Shown: positions 37,331 to 51,497 of the stretch, piece after piece
Numbering within the stretch: the first letter of the stretch is position 1
Layout of the letters: every line of letters starts with the position of its first letter
From: Octopus bimaculoides
Lineage: Eukaryota
Assembly: GCF_001194135.2 (NCBI RefSeq)
Contig: NC_068981.1
Span: forward strand, 85,674,566-85,738,565
Direction of reading: 5' to 3'
DNA length: 64,000 bases
The notes under the pieces: model-generated
Told to the model about the DNA's origin: nothing
The model's database searches: none
Seen by the model: only the letters and a program-made list of their open reading frames with translations
Program-made: the position numbers and the translations under genes

Positions 37331-38973
37331 GTCACAATGGACTCCCTGCAACTCTATCAGAAGTATTGAACCCTACAGTGTGTGTGTGTTTTGTCACTCA
37401 CATACACTGACATTATGTATCCAGCAAGTTGTGCTCACTTCATTTCAAACATAGTAATCAAAAGAGAACCCATGCAGTGTAGAAGCTACCTGATGAAGCA
37501 GAAGCACGGAAATCGAATAGCAATTTACTCATACACAACTTTGAATACATACACTTGTGCATGAACCCATAAATGCATGCATACATACATAGATGCATAT
37601 ATTCGTGTGTGTTTGTGTGTGTGTGTACATGCATGCATGCATACATACATACATACATACATACATACATACATACATAATGAAAAAAAATAAATTCAAG
37701 GACTAAAAAAATCATTAATATCAAATTTACTTAATACACATCTGAGAAAAATAAAGTTACTTTAAAAAAAAAAAGGTATCATAATAATGTTGTAAAATGT
37801 TATTTTAAACTAATGCATAACTCATTGTTTTATATCCAGAATAAATAATATTTTGCTTCATTGAAATACAGGCATATATTCAAGAAAGAATTAAGTAAAA
37901 GAAGATAAAATATTATTGAAATATAAACATTTAATTTATCAAAATACATAGCTTTTAACTGTTTCCATATACCAGATTATATACAACAAAGCACAAAGAG
38001 AGAATTTTGACAGTCAATGCTTGTGTGTAGTAGAGGAGGAGATAGTGGGGTGGTTGGCCCTGGGTGGCACTTTTATGGGGGAAGCATTTTGGGGTTTGCT
38101 GTATAGGCCTATTTGAGTGGAGGAGTCAAGGGCTGTATCAAGTAGCACATACACTGGTTACATTACTATCTGTATATGCAATATTTTTAGTGAATTTAGC
38201 ATTTTCCTGGTTAAGAGACCTACATGAGATAGTAGATTAACTTTGATTAATGAAAATCTTTATTGTTTGATGGCTCCCCAACTCTACTCAGAACAACACA
38301 CAACTGACCATGTCCAAACACATTAGTAGGGTGAGAAATTGAGTTAAAAGCAGTGATAGCAGTGCATTGGTGTGTTTATGTCTCAGTAACTTATCAGTTC
38401 AGCAAAAGAGACCAAATAAATAAGTACCAGGTTTTAAAAAAATAGGTACTGAGGTCAATTCATTTGATTACAAAATGTTTAAAGTAGTGCCCCAGCATGG
38501 CTGCAGAGCAATTACTAAAACAAGTAAAATATAAAAGACACACACACACACACACACACACAAGCATGCACGCGCGTGCACATACACACACACGTATGCC
38601 ATAAAAATGGCGAAATATCAGTATTCATCACGCCTTCACTCCTGGATGTGACTGGAAGCAATTTGTCTCACCTGTCTATGACACTTTCAGATGTTTTGAC
38701 ACTCACTGGTATGAGAGTCATTTTCAGAGCGCTGTACTGCAGTGAACAGACAAAACAGATACATTGAGCATGTACAGTTAATAATGGAAAAGTGGATGAT
38801 AAAAGAATGATGATGATGATGATGATAATGATGAAGATGACAATTGCTACAGGTGTGGCTGTGTGGCAAGAAGTTTGCTTCCTAACCACATGGTTCCACG
38901 TTCAGTTCTACTATAGCCTTGAGCTGACCAAAACCTTGTGAGTGGATTTGGTAGACAGAAACTGTGATAAGCC

Positions 38974-39014
<41 letters not shown>

Positions 39015-42000
39015 GACTGACTGGCTCATGTGCGGGTGACACATGAAATCTTTCGAGCGGGATCGTTGCCAGTGCCCCTGGACTGGCTCTTGTGCGGGTG
39101 ACACATGAAATGTTTCNNNNNNNNNNNNNNNNNNNNNNNNNNNNNNNNNNNNNNNNNNNNNNNNNNNNNNNNNNNNNNNNNNNNNNNNNNNNNNNNNNNN
39201 NNNNNNNNNNNNNNNNNNNNNNNNNNNNNNNNNNNNNNNNNNNNNNNNNNNNNNNNNNNNNNNNNNNNNNNNNNNNNNNNNNNNNNNNNNNNNNNNNNNN
39301 NNNNNNNNNNNNNNNNNNNNNNNNNNNNNNNNNNNNNNNNNNNNNNNNNNNNNNNNNNNNNNNNNNNNNNNNNNNNNNNNNNNNNNNNNNNNNNNNNNNN
39401 NNNNNNNNNNNNNNNNNNNNNNNNNNNNNNNNNNNNNNNNNNNNNNNNNNNNNNNNNNNNNNNNNNNNNNNNNNNNNNNNNNNNNNNNNNNNNNNNNNNN
39501 NNNNNNNNNNNNNNNNNNNNNNNNNNNNNNNNNNNNNNNNNNNNNNNNNNNNNNNNNNNNNNNNNNNNNNNNNNNNNNNNNNNNNNNNNNNNNNNNNNNN
39601 NNNNNNNNNNNNNNNNNNNNNNNNNNNNNNNNNNNNNNNNNNNNNNNNNNNNNNNNNNNNNNNNNNNNNNNNNNNNNNNNNNNNNNNNNNNNNNNNNNNN
39701 NNNNNNNNNNNNNNNNNNNNNNNNNNNNNNNNNNNNTATATATATATATAATGACTGACTGGCTCATGTGCGGGTGACACGTAAAAGCACCCACTACACT
39801 CTCTGAGTGGTTGGCGTTAGGAAGGGCATCCAGCTGTAGAAACTCTGCCAAATTAGATTGGAGCCTGGTGTTGCCATCCGGTTTCACCAGTCCTCAGTCA
39901 AATCGTCCAACCCATGCTAGCATGGAAGGCGGACGTTAAACGATGATGATGATGATAATACATGTGATATATAAGCATATGCATGTATACATGCATATAT
40001 GTACATACCTACATCTACATGTATATAGAGATGCATATCCGGGTACAGGACGTTACAAAAATGAACGGGGACATAAAAACAAAACGGACTTTGTTTACAG
40101 ACAACAGAATGAACACATAGGAAGACAAACAAGCCACTTATGGAATTATTCCTTCATCATGGATGTAATAATAAGGGGAGACTCATTGTTTTCGCTGGTA
40201 TGCCTTTAATTTAATTAGAAAACAAAGAAGGAAGCAAAGATGAAGGTAGCATTTACGATCATTTCAATTTACTAGTTTTAGTAAATCTCTTCAGAATGCA
40301 AAAATATATATATATATAGTGTGTGTGTGTGTGTGAGTATGTGTTTGTCCTCCATGAATGCTTAACTAGTGTTGGTGTGTTTATGTGTTTACAACACTAA
40401 AGCTGCTTCTAATTTATAGTTTAATTTAATCTTACATATGCATCATTGTGCCATACCAGAAATGGTTCCTACACTATTTGTGTAGAGTCATAGACTGGCA
40501 ATTCAGATTGTCCCCAGTTCGATTCAAGTACATGATGTTGATAAGCCACAAAAATGCAAAATATCGGTATCCATCACTCCTGGAGGGAATAGAGGTGAAT
40601 TGTCTTACCTCTCTGTGACTTTCACAGTGCTATGATGTAGACATTCCCAGAGCGCTGTACCACTGCTAACTGGTGAAGAAGCAGAACACATACATTGAGT
40701 ATGTGTGGTCGATAATTTATATATGTAACAGATCATTTTCCTCTGTTTAATCAAGATTCAAAACTAAATCCACATATTTGTTGCTTGTCAGACAAATGTC
40801 TGGTCCTTTGCGTTTTATCTCTACGCTGGGAGATTATTGAGAAACACGGGACCTCCAAAGATCTTTGGTGGTCATGGAAAGGTCAATCCATTGTTTTAGA
40901 TTTTACCTACTTCCTGACCTTATATAACTGATCGAAAGTTTCAGTTCTATCTCTTTGGTTTTAGGCCTACTAACTGAGAGCATATCTCTTCGTTTCAGCT
41001 GTCTAACCGAGAGCACAGCATTGGCCAAATGAAAAAGGACAATGCAACTCTTACACTTTTTTCCTCTCTGTCAGCAGACCATAACTTGGTCCAACACACA
41101 AAGAGCACACGAGCAACATGTTGTATCATTGTCACTTATACACAATTACTACTATGTCTGTCTTATTCTCTCTTTACTCTTTACTCTTTTACTTGTTTCA
41201 GTCAATTGACTGCGGCCATGCTGGAGCACCGCCTTCAGTCGAGCAAATTGACCCCAGGACTTATTCTTTGTAAGCCTAGTACTTATTCTATCGGTCTCTT
41301 TTGCCGAACCGCTAAGTTACAGGGACGTAAACACACCAGCATCAGTTGTCAAGTGATGCTAGGAGGACAAACACAGACACACAAACATATACACACACAT
41401 ACATATATATATACATATATACGATGGGCCTCTTTCAGTTTCCGTCTACCAAATCTACTCACAAGTCTTTGGTCAGCCCAAGGCTATAGTAGAAGACACT
41501 TGCCCAAGGTTCCACACAGTGGGACTGAACTCAGAACCATGTGGTTGGTAAGCAAGCTACTTACCACACAGCCACTCCTGCACCTATTAACCATAGCCAA
41601 TGAATAAATCTGTGAATATTATTCTTCTCTCTTCAATGTTGTTATTATGTTGTCTCATCCTATTTTCGACTATCTACATATAGTGCCCCAATGTGGGACA
41701 AGAAACACTATTTCTACATCAAGTAACTTTTCATCTCTCCACTACAATTGACAATTCTGACTTGAGGACTCCACATCTGTACATTACATTTGGTGACCCC
41801 ACACACTTGTCCATTATATTTGGTGACCCTGAGCGGAATCACACATTTGTATGTGACATATATATATAATTAGAAACAGTGAGTCCAATGAAATGCAATC
41901 TGTTTCATCCAAAACCACTCGAGGGATTAATTAGTAACAAGGTTGAATTTCTTTATATGTTGAGAGATGGGAAGAAATGTGAACAAATGAAGATAGAGAA

Positions 42001-42212
42001 AGATGGACATATGAACATACTGACCCTGCAGTGGCAAAGAGTCAGTGTGGTGATGGAGATGGTGGTGGTGGTGGTAGTGGTGGTGCATTGAGATAGTGTC
42101 TGTGAGTAGTAAGGGTAGTGATGTGATGATGTGTTTACGATGATAAATTATTAGTGGTAGTGGTAGTGGTAGTGGGGAAATAGATATGGTCATGATGATG
42201 ATGATGATGATA

Positions 42213-42255
<43 letters not shown>

Positions 42256-42897
42256 CAGTCGTGATGACAATGGTTACAAAAGTACTGATGAAAGTGGTGA
42301 TGGGGAACAGTGAAACTGATTGTATGCTTCCTCTGGCCAGGAAAAGGAGGAAAATACAACGTTATTAAAACAAAGACACATTCACAAGTAGACAAACAAA
42401 TGGTTTGATCAGAGTATAATGACTGACATGATAGATTAAATAAGCTTTGTGTTTTTGATTTTATTTTTTAATAACTTCATATCTTTAATCTTTTATTTGT
42501 TTCAATCATTAGATTACAGCCATGCTGGGGCACCACCACGAAGGGTTTATTTGAGCAAATTGACCCCAGATCTCTTTATTTTTTTTTTGAAGTCTTGTAC
42601 ATATTCTGTTTGACTCTTTTTGCCAAACTGCTGTGTCATGGGGACATGAACAAACCAACACGGGCTGTCAAGCAGTAATAGAGGACAAACAAAGGCACAC
42701 ACACACACACATGCACGCATGCGTGTGCACACACACACACTCACACACACATGCACACAAGAAAATGAGATGACAAAGGAATAATCTTATGTACTTCATT
42801 AGCTTACAGTTGTTTCTGCTATAAGCTGCAGTGGACTCATAGTTGAGTGCTTGAGTAACATCTTATAACTTCATCAGAGCTTTGAATATGAAGTGCA

Positions 42898-42931
<34 letters not shown>

Positions 42932-45137
42932 CATGATTTTTCCAGTTTCCATTTCTCAAATCCCCTCACAAGGCTTTTGTCAGTCTTGGACTGTAGTAGA
43001 ATATACTTGTTCAATGTACCACATGTTGGAAAGCAAGCTTCTTACCACACAGCCATACCTGTGTCTAAGTTTAGTTCTGATGGATTGATAAATTGATTGT
43101 TTAGTGAGATAGAGGAATGGACAAACTAAAACAGCTAGACAAGCATGATGGACAGAGAAATGGATAAGTACTTTGATAGATAGCTGAATAGTTAGTTAGG
43201 TATAAAGGTAAATTGATTGACAAGTGAGGAATAGATATATTGACTGATAGATAGACAGATGGACAAACAGATATGATGTATTGGTAAATGGTTGGACAGA
43301 CAGATAGAAAGTTGGATTGTTACCTAGATAGTTGGCTAAGTAGATAGACATGTATGCTAGTAGACAAAGAAATGTGTCTTTTTTTTTTTGCATGTCCACT
43401 TTTCCATGCTTGCATGAATCAGGTGGAATTTGTTGATGTACATTTTCTATGTCTGGATACTGTTTCTGTTGCCAACTCTCACCAGTTACCAAGCATGGTA
43501 ATATTTTCCACATGTCTATCATGGAAAACTGGGATCGATCAACACTCTTATGTGACAGTGATGTTTATCTACAACTATCACACCATGTTATGACAAAAAG
43601 TACATGCAAACACACACCCACACACACACACATACATATACATCACCAAACTTAAATTTCATAGTGAAACTGAAATTCTACACTTCTCTGACCAAGCAGT
43701 ACCACCCTCAGTGTTCATTACTTACAACATTAAATTTTGAAGATTGCCATCCAGAATCAAAGAACTGGAGGTCTTTGAAGCGGACCTACTCGATATCATT
43801 CTCTCTAAACTGAAATTCTGTAAGGCCAGCTGACTGCAGAGTCACTTTTATTGTCAAGTGCAATAGTAATAATCTGATCAGTTATATAAAAAGATATACT
43901 ACTTGACTACTTCACACCACAGGTCAATGTGGTCAAAAAGCAAAGCACAGACAGCAGCACCAGCAACAACAACAAGAACAATAGCAATAACAACAACACC
44001 AACAGTAGCAGCAGCAGCGATGAGCAAGGTGTATTCAGAAATGACGCAAGCATGACCTCTCTCACTGTCCAACAACACAAGCACCACCACTGCCTTCACA
44101 AACAATAAAACAACAGCAGCCATTCTTTTTTCGAAGCAGAAAGGGAACAGTCTCACACAAGCATGTTGGAAAATGGAAAAAGTCAAGTTGACACAAAAAA
44201 TGGTGAGTGACGCTAAGAAAAGTGAGGTATAAGAGGAATTAGATGCAATGTGCAAGAGAGAAGAATGTGCTGTTTTGGTCATGTGACGAGAATGGATGAG
44301 GGTAGTTGCATAAAAGATGAGGCAATCACTTAAAGTGGATTGAACTTGTAGAAGAGTGAGGCCCAGGAAAACTTGGGACAAAATACTGAAGGCCAATCTC
44401 AAAATGGCACAGAAAGGAGATGAGTGTTAGGAGATGACAAAGGACTGAGATATCTGACATTTGTTGTGTTCAAAAAGACCTGTCTGCCACAGCAGAATTG
44501 ATATCCTAAAATCACCTTGGTAATGCTTGTCTGTGAGGGGCTCTGTCCCACCCCTTCTCTATCTTCTCTGCCCCATCATCAACCTTTTCTCCCTCCACAT
44601 TTCATCTCCTAACACTCATCTCCACTCCATCACCTGAGAGCAGAATAGGCATACACTACTCCACTCCGGACTTTTCAGTTACTTCTCTTCCCTTACCTGA
44701 AACCACTTCCATTCCCGATTGTCCCCCACTGCCTACTGTTTCCACTAATCATCTCCTTTCTGTGCCTACTCTCCCCTATGTTCTTCTCCATCCTGCTATC
44801 ACCCTCAATGCCCTTGGATACCTACTGCACCCCCTCCCCACGAGCCTCTCCTATATTTTACTCCATCATTTGCCATAGTCACCTCTATCCTGTCCATTCC
44901 CCCAGTCCAAGCCTCTGTATTACCTCATTTATTCTCGCAACCCTCAATGTCATCCGAAGACATGTCCTGACATCTTCACCATCATCTCTCTCACTATTGC
45001 TCTCTTTATCTTATTCTCTCACTCTCTTTTCTTTTCCAACTGGGGGGTATCCATGCATCTACTCTACAACAAGACACCTATCTTTGTCCCTCTATAACGT
45101 TAATCTCTCAACAGATACAAAGTCATTCCCTATCACT

Positions 45138-45294
45138 CAGGGTCAGCTCTAGGGTTGCTGGCACCCTGGGCAAGCTGAACTTTGGCGTGTACAAGCTGAT
45201 AGTCATGGAAATTTCCTTGTCTTTGTCATGCCCTCCCCTAGCACATGGGGCCCTGGGCGTTTGCCCAAGTTTCCGGTATCCTGAGCCAGCTCTG
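45138..45294. mobile_element. 157-bp hAT-like MITE with perfect 8-bp TSD
   Basis: TSD ctatcact at 45130..45137 and 45295..45302; CAG termini (cagggtcagctc / gagccagctctg). Confidence 0.85.
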
Positions 45295-45599
45295 CTATCA
45301 CTACTACTCCCTACGCCAAATTGAGGGGTTTTTGTCTTGCAAGGTACTTGGTGACCCTGTTGGTGCTGGTGCCACATATAGACACATATATACATAAATA
45401 TACAAATATTTACATATACATACATACACATATGATTGACTTGTCTTGCTTCCTTGGAGGATACTGTCAAAGTCTGTGTTTTATAGAATTAATGCAGGTT
45501 TGGCATGAAATGTCTATGTTGTGCATAGAAGATTCAAAGTTATGGAAGGTTAGGGAATCATGTTATGAAAAGTCATATTATCTACATAAAAGTGGGCAT

Positions 45600-45900
45600 T
45601 GGAGACTGAGGTGCATATAGGTGATTGTTGTATAAAAGGAAGAGAATGAGGAACAGAACTGAATCCTAGGAAACACCAGAACTGACTGAGAATGAGGCAG
45701 AGAGAGCTCAGTCAATACTTGCCACAATGTTGCAATCTGATAAGAAGCTACTGATCCAAGTCATGAGAAAAGAGCAGAATTTGTACACAGGAAGTTTCTA
45801 TAGGAGATCTGCATGCCAGACATCAGCAAAACAAAAACTTTGCTGATGTCTCGAACAACAAACTTATTTTCACTGGGGAACAATAGTCTACTATGAGATA
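45600..45900 (-). pseudogene. CR1/Jockey-like LINE RT fragment
   Basis: Reverse strand gives decayed DISKVF...WHADLL and GVS*DSVLF (DISKAFDRVWH and GVPQGSVL motifs). Confidence 0.55.
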
Positions 45901-46342
45901 TGTAAAACAATGAAAACAGCACTACATAAGTGTTATGTCAAAGCTTACAGATGAATAAACATCAACTTTTTGGACAGAGATCTGTTATTTGAGAGTTTTT
46001 TTTTGTTTTTGAAAATTATTTTTAATGTTATGTTGCTTTCATTTTGTACCAGAGAGCAGAGGTAAAAAAGACATTGTTCTTGTGAACATATTCAACAAGA
46101 TCACCTTTATATATATGAATATGTATGTATCTTATCTATTATCTTGTTACAGTCATTTGACTGTGGCCATGCTGGGGCAACACCTTGAAGAATTTTAGTC
46201 AAACAAATCGACCCTAGGAGTTACTTTTTTAAAGCCTAATACTTATTTTATTGGTCTCTTTTGCCAAACCACTAAGTTATGGAGGGTAGTCATAAACACA
46301 CCAACACCAGTTGTCAAGTGGTGGTGGGGGACAAACACAAAG

Positions 46343-46410
<68 letters not shown>

Positions 46411-47156
46411 TTGAATCTTTCGTATACGTGTCAGTGTATTATCTATGATGATGTATTCTATATTACCCCTACTTTTCTAAATACTGCTTTGGTAACCTGT
46501 TTACAAGTCCAATCCTATATGTAATTGTAAGCCATTATGCAAAATTTAAGCTTCCATACTATATTCCAAATAAACTCCATCATTTTTGACTGGTACTACA
46601 TACACACACGCACACGCTCACGCACACACACATTGTATTTATCTTCGGAAAAATGTAATTTATTCTTTTAAAGGAGATTTGCAAAACAAACATTCGCTGG
46701 TTAAAATTGATAAGTGGTAATTTTGTTGCTGAATAACTGAGAACTATTATAGTTGATAGATAACTCTGGAAATGTATATTTTAATCGAACTTTTAAACCT
46801 TGCAACCTATGTGTAAATCATTCCAATCAGTATTTATTGAAATCAAATTAATATTACACATTTTTACAATACAATATTTTGCTGTTGTTGAATTGTTATA
46901 AACAACGGCTTTTCAGAAAAATTCTGTTTCACAGTGTTTCTTTTCAGTTTTAGTTGCTGAATAATTTTTATTCATTAGGTCTGAATGAATATTGCTAACG
47001 ATGTTCTAAAATATTAAGTAATTGACACACTTGATATATTATCTTACATCAGAAAATGTTGGAAATATTTGCTAAATTTGCTAATGTTTTCTTGTAAAAT
47101 AAAATTAAAAACGTTTCTCAATTTTAGATTTTGTAGTCAACCCATGAGAACTGAAC

Positions 47157-47168
47157 AAAATGGCGGCC
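47157..47168 (+). promoter_or_regulatory. YY1-type motif AAAATGGCGGCC upstream of the BRAP start
   Basis: Matches consensus AANATGGCGGC about 70 nt upstream of the ATG, in a locally CpG-richer segment. Confidence 0.5.
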
Positions 47169-47235
47169 AGCTTGTGTTGTAAATGAGGCATAAATTTAAT
47201 GTCTTTTTGCGTTGAAACTATTTACTAAATCACAG

Positions 47236-47311
47236 ATGCTCGTATCGCTGGCAATTCTTCGCATTGAAGTTAATGATGATTATCTGGTGCCTTCATCCTT
47301 CAGATATAAAG
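47236..47311 (+). CDS. BRAP: BRAP first coding exon (MLVSLAILRIEVNDDYLVPSSFRYK)
   Basis: ATG at 47236, donor gtttgc; 76 nt = 25 codons + 1 nt. Matches recalled human MSVSLVVIRLELAEHSPVPAGFGF. Confidence 0.85.
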
Positions 47312-47577
47312 GTTTGCTATTAAATTTTAGTTCTTCTCTAATTTTCTTTCTTAAATTAAAATATGTAAATATTAACTTGTTTGGCATTGGCACAAGGCTA
47401 CAAATTTTAGGTGGGGGGTTGTAGGTGAGTAAATCAACTTCAGCACACAGTACGTGACTGGTACCTTTATCTCAACCCGGAAGTTTGTTAGACGGAGTCG
47501 ACCCTGGCGGGATCTGAACTCGAATCTTATTTATCTTCAATTCACTGCAACACCGTTTCTGCTCTTCGTCTTAAAGC

Positions 47578-47609
<32 letters not shown>

Positions 47610-50600
47610 ATATATATGAAGAATAACAAATATAATAGAGATAGGGTATAGATAAATAGTTTAAAATTTGAAGCACTGTAAAATATTTGGGCGATTAAGT
47701 TTTAATAAAATAAATGTCAAGTCATTCATTGGATGACGTAAATGTTTACTAAAAAACAAACAAAACAAATATAAACAATTTTTATTTCCAGGCGTCATAA
47801 ACATTTTCTCATGATGTTAACTCGTATATTGTTGTCGTGAGAACAGATAAGATAAAATATATCCCCAGTTTATATTTTGTATTCATGTTGTTTAACCGCG
47901 GGTCAACTGACCAAACAAATCTACGATACAAAGCATTCCAACCGTGGCCACTCATCTTTTGATGAGTAACAGAAACATCTTCGTCCTTATAGGATGAGAT
48001 TTGAGGGAGATTTGGTTATTATTTCTACCATTTGGAATGACGTATACTCTCCTTCAAAATGAGATTAAGCAATTAGTTTTAGAGTAATTAATTTCCGATA
48101 CTAGCGTTAATGTCTTTACACTTAAATGTTTTTGTTTTTATTGATATTATATAATTATTTTCTCTCTACGGCGATCTTTCGAAACTAGTACTTAATATTA
48201 ATGTTTCTGTTTATTTGTTTATTTAAATTTTTGTAACTAAAATATCCTCAAACTGAATGATGTATTCATGATAATTGATAGTCTCTAGTATTCATAATAA
48301 TTGATAGTCTCGACAGGATTGCCTTGACATTATTATATATTATCTAATTTGAAATATCGGACATCTTAAAAAGAAAGATTACAACCCCCAAAATATAGAT
48401 TTGATTAGAATATGTGTTTTTGTTTATTAAACCATATTGTAGTTGTGGTGAGGATTACAAACAAGTTATAGTTATGTCCCTTCGATCGCCTGACAGTGTA
48501 ATGTTTTCCCCACCTCCCTAAATATAAATTAATTTTTCGAGATATAACATCAACAATCCTCAGATAACTTAATTTTTTAAGTAGGAAGAAATTGTATTAA
48601 AAAAAAAGTAATAATGATATATCTCATTCAGAAATGAGAAATAGATATTCAATGATTTTGAAAATCGTTTTCTCGAATGTGCTCTCATAAAAATCTCTTA
48701 AACCTATATTTTTGTTTGAAGTATGTAATATTTTTGCGATATATATCTATCTGTTTGTCAATACCTCTCCTCATTTTATTTGCTTATTATTTACTTCACA
48801 AGGAAATTTACTGTTTGTATGTCCCTGATTTTCGGTATAGTCCAGTTAAATTACATGGGAATTTAATTAACTTTGTGATAACCTATTCTTTCGTCTGGAG
48901 TGCTTACGCGGGATCAGTTACATTCTTAGAATCCAGGTTTTATAGCTTATATCTTATGTATGTGTGTGTATGCAACTAGCAAGCCCTTTGATACGGAAGT
49001 AGACGACAATCGCAACTCAAAAGCTATTTTTCAATCTTTAGTCAAGTGGGTAGGGTAGTGCTCATGACCCTTTACGGGGCCGCCACTGGTAGGAGGTAGG
49101 AGAGAAATTACCTTCAATCCGAAGACCTTGTCCATATTCTTGCAACTGAATGGACTCTACTAAAGATGACAGGTGATGATATTAAATACCTTGCGCCTAC
49201 AACCAGCAGTTGGAAAATATCAATGACTTATTGTCTAAAGATAGAAAAATCATTAATCACTCTTGGTAGATAATATGCACTTTCTATTCTCCATAGATTA
49301 GAACTGGATATTTACATGCTTTAAGTGCATAGTCGGAGGAACTTGAAGATTGGAACTATGAGTGATAAATTTAAGTGAAATTATGCTGCATTCCAATGAT
49401 AGTTGATTGTATATATGTCTGGACATTTCCCAGTAGAGTAAAATTGGGTTTTCATACAAATTAACTTGTGGCTCTGTAATCAATGTCAAATGAACTGTGA
49501 TTGGATGTTGTAAATGAGCTATTAACCCATTAACTGCGAAATAAGTTTAATGGTTATTCCAGTAATGATGTTAAAATATTTACCAAAATATAAAATTGGT
49601 ATTTTCAGGCATGTTACATTGCCTCAAATTTGACTTATCTCAACAAAAAATAGTATCAAACATGACATTCCTCAACAAAAGATAACTGCTTTCTGCTGTT
49701 CAGGGTAATGAAAGTTTTAGTGGATATATCTGATTTCTGCAATGAAAGGGTTGAAACTCAAAAGAAATGTGTCAAATACTTCAACATGCGCATTGCTTAT
49801 ATTGCATTTCAAGTTAAATTATTGTGAGATTTATTCCTTCAACCATGTATGTTAGTAATTTCATTGTCATCTTTATTGTTTTATTATATACATCCCATGC
49901 TGACATCTGTTAGATGAACAATCCTGTCTCTTTTAAAGACAAAATCACTTCTCATATTGAGAAAATTTTGTACCTTTTCTTCTGAAAGTCATTAATTTCA
50001 TGCAATTAAAATCTTAGAAGTTGCCACAAATGCCTGGCCTTATAAACACTAATGATCTTTCCAGATGACCTCACATACATAACATAGCAGAAACTTTATC
50101 CCAAAGGTAACCTTTATTTTCAAGGCCAGAAAATATATCTGCACTGATTAATATTTGGACTATTACAAAGTTCAAGTAAGACCCATAAACAAATACTATC
50201 ATTTTTCCTAACTTACCTATCTCTACTACAATGGCCTTGCTCTTCACTTTCAAGCCCATTTGACACATCTTAAGCCATGAAAAATAAATTAACTGGTGAC
50301 TGCATTGAATTGTCTGATATTAAAGCTTTTACATGTACTTAGTATTGCAAGCTTAGCTAAGTTTTTTCATATGGATTTGCACATGGAATAGCTGTTAAAC
50401 TTTAGCCACTGAAAAAACCTCTACATAGTCACTTGACATACTAGAAAAAGCAGCTGAATTTATGTTAAGTAACTCCCTACAATCTTAAACGGAAGGACAC
50501 ATTGGATAATGTTGGTTTAGATACACTGTCTGAAAAAAAAAAAAGAATTAGATGGGATGGTCATGACTGGAATACTCTTGATTATAAGTCTGGTCAGTCA

Positions 50601-51331
50601 GGGCTAATTTAATGTTAAACAGACATTCGAGCGAGATCGTGCCAGTGCCGTTTGGACTGGCTCCTGTGCAGGTGGCATGTAAAATACACCATTTTGAGCA
50701 TGGCCGTTGCCAGTACCACCTGACTGGCCTTCGTGCCGGTGGCACGTAAAAGCACCCACTACACTCTTGGAGTGGTTGGCGTTAGGAAGGGCATCTAGCT
50801 GTAGAAACTCTGCCAAATCAGATTGGAGCTTGGTGTAGCCATCCGGTTCACCAGTCCTCAGTCAAATCGTCCAACCCATGCTAGCATGGAAAGCAGACGT
50901 TAAACGATGATGATGATGATGGTGATTATATTCTCAGACACTAATTGTGAAATACCTTCAGGTGACAGGGGTCCTCAATCCAAAGAAAGTTCAAATTTCA
51001 TAGCTACTGAGGAGAATTATCAGTGTTTCGGAGTCACTGGATTTTGAGCAGAACTTTCAGTGGGCAATATGAGCTACATTAATGCAACTCTCATTTTTAT
51101 GCTTTGATTTTAAAAGTTAGCATGAAAAAGGATCCAGCTTCACAAATTGTTGTGCTTTTCTTAGATGAATATTATTAATTGTGAGAATGCATTTATATTC
51201 ACTTGTAAAGCCAAGTAACAGGATATTGGTTTGGATTGCTTTGATTTTCAGGTTTAATTTACCTTGAAATATTCTTGAGCTCATCTGCTATGACCAGAAG
51301 ATCAGCATAAGACAAGCTCAGGAGAATAATG

Positions 51332-51497
51332 GGTAATTTTTCAGATTAACACCAGCACGATTACCTAACCCCTAAACCTAAAACCCTAACACTAACCCTA
51401 ACACTAAACCCTAACCCTAAAACGCTAACCCTGACCCTAAAACCCTAACCCTAACACCCTAGTGAAAATCGTGCAGGTGCTAATCTGAAAAATTACC
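51332..51497. mobile_element. 166-bp MITE: 31-bp TIRs, 8-bp TSD, interior of degenerate (CCCTAA)n
   Basis: TIRs 51332..51362 and 51467..51497 are 29/31 identical and start with GG; perfect TSD gaataatg at 51324..51331 and 51498..51505. Confidence 0.92.

Noticed and set aside
39000-39790. Identical (TA)n-aatgactgactggctcatgtgcgggtgacac on both sides of a gap; likewise 60110-60187 around a 10-N gap
   Set aside because: Most likely contig-end overlap or scaffolding artefact rather than true duplication.
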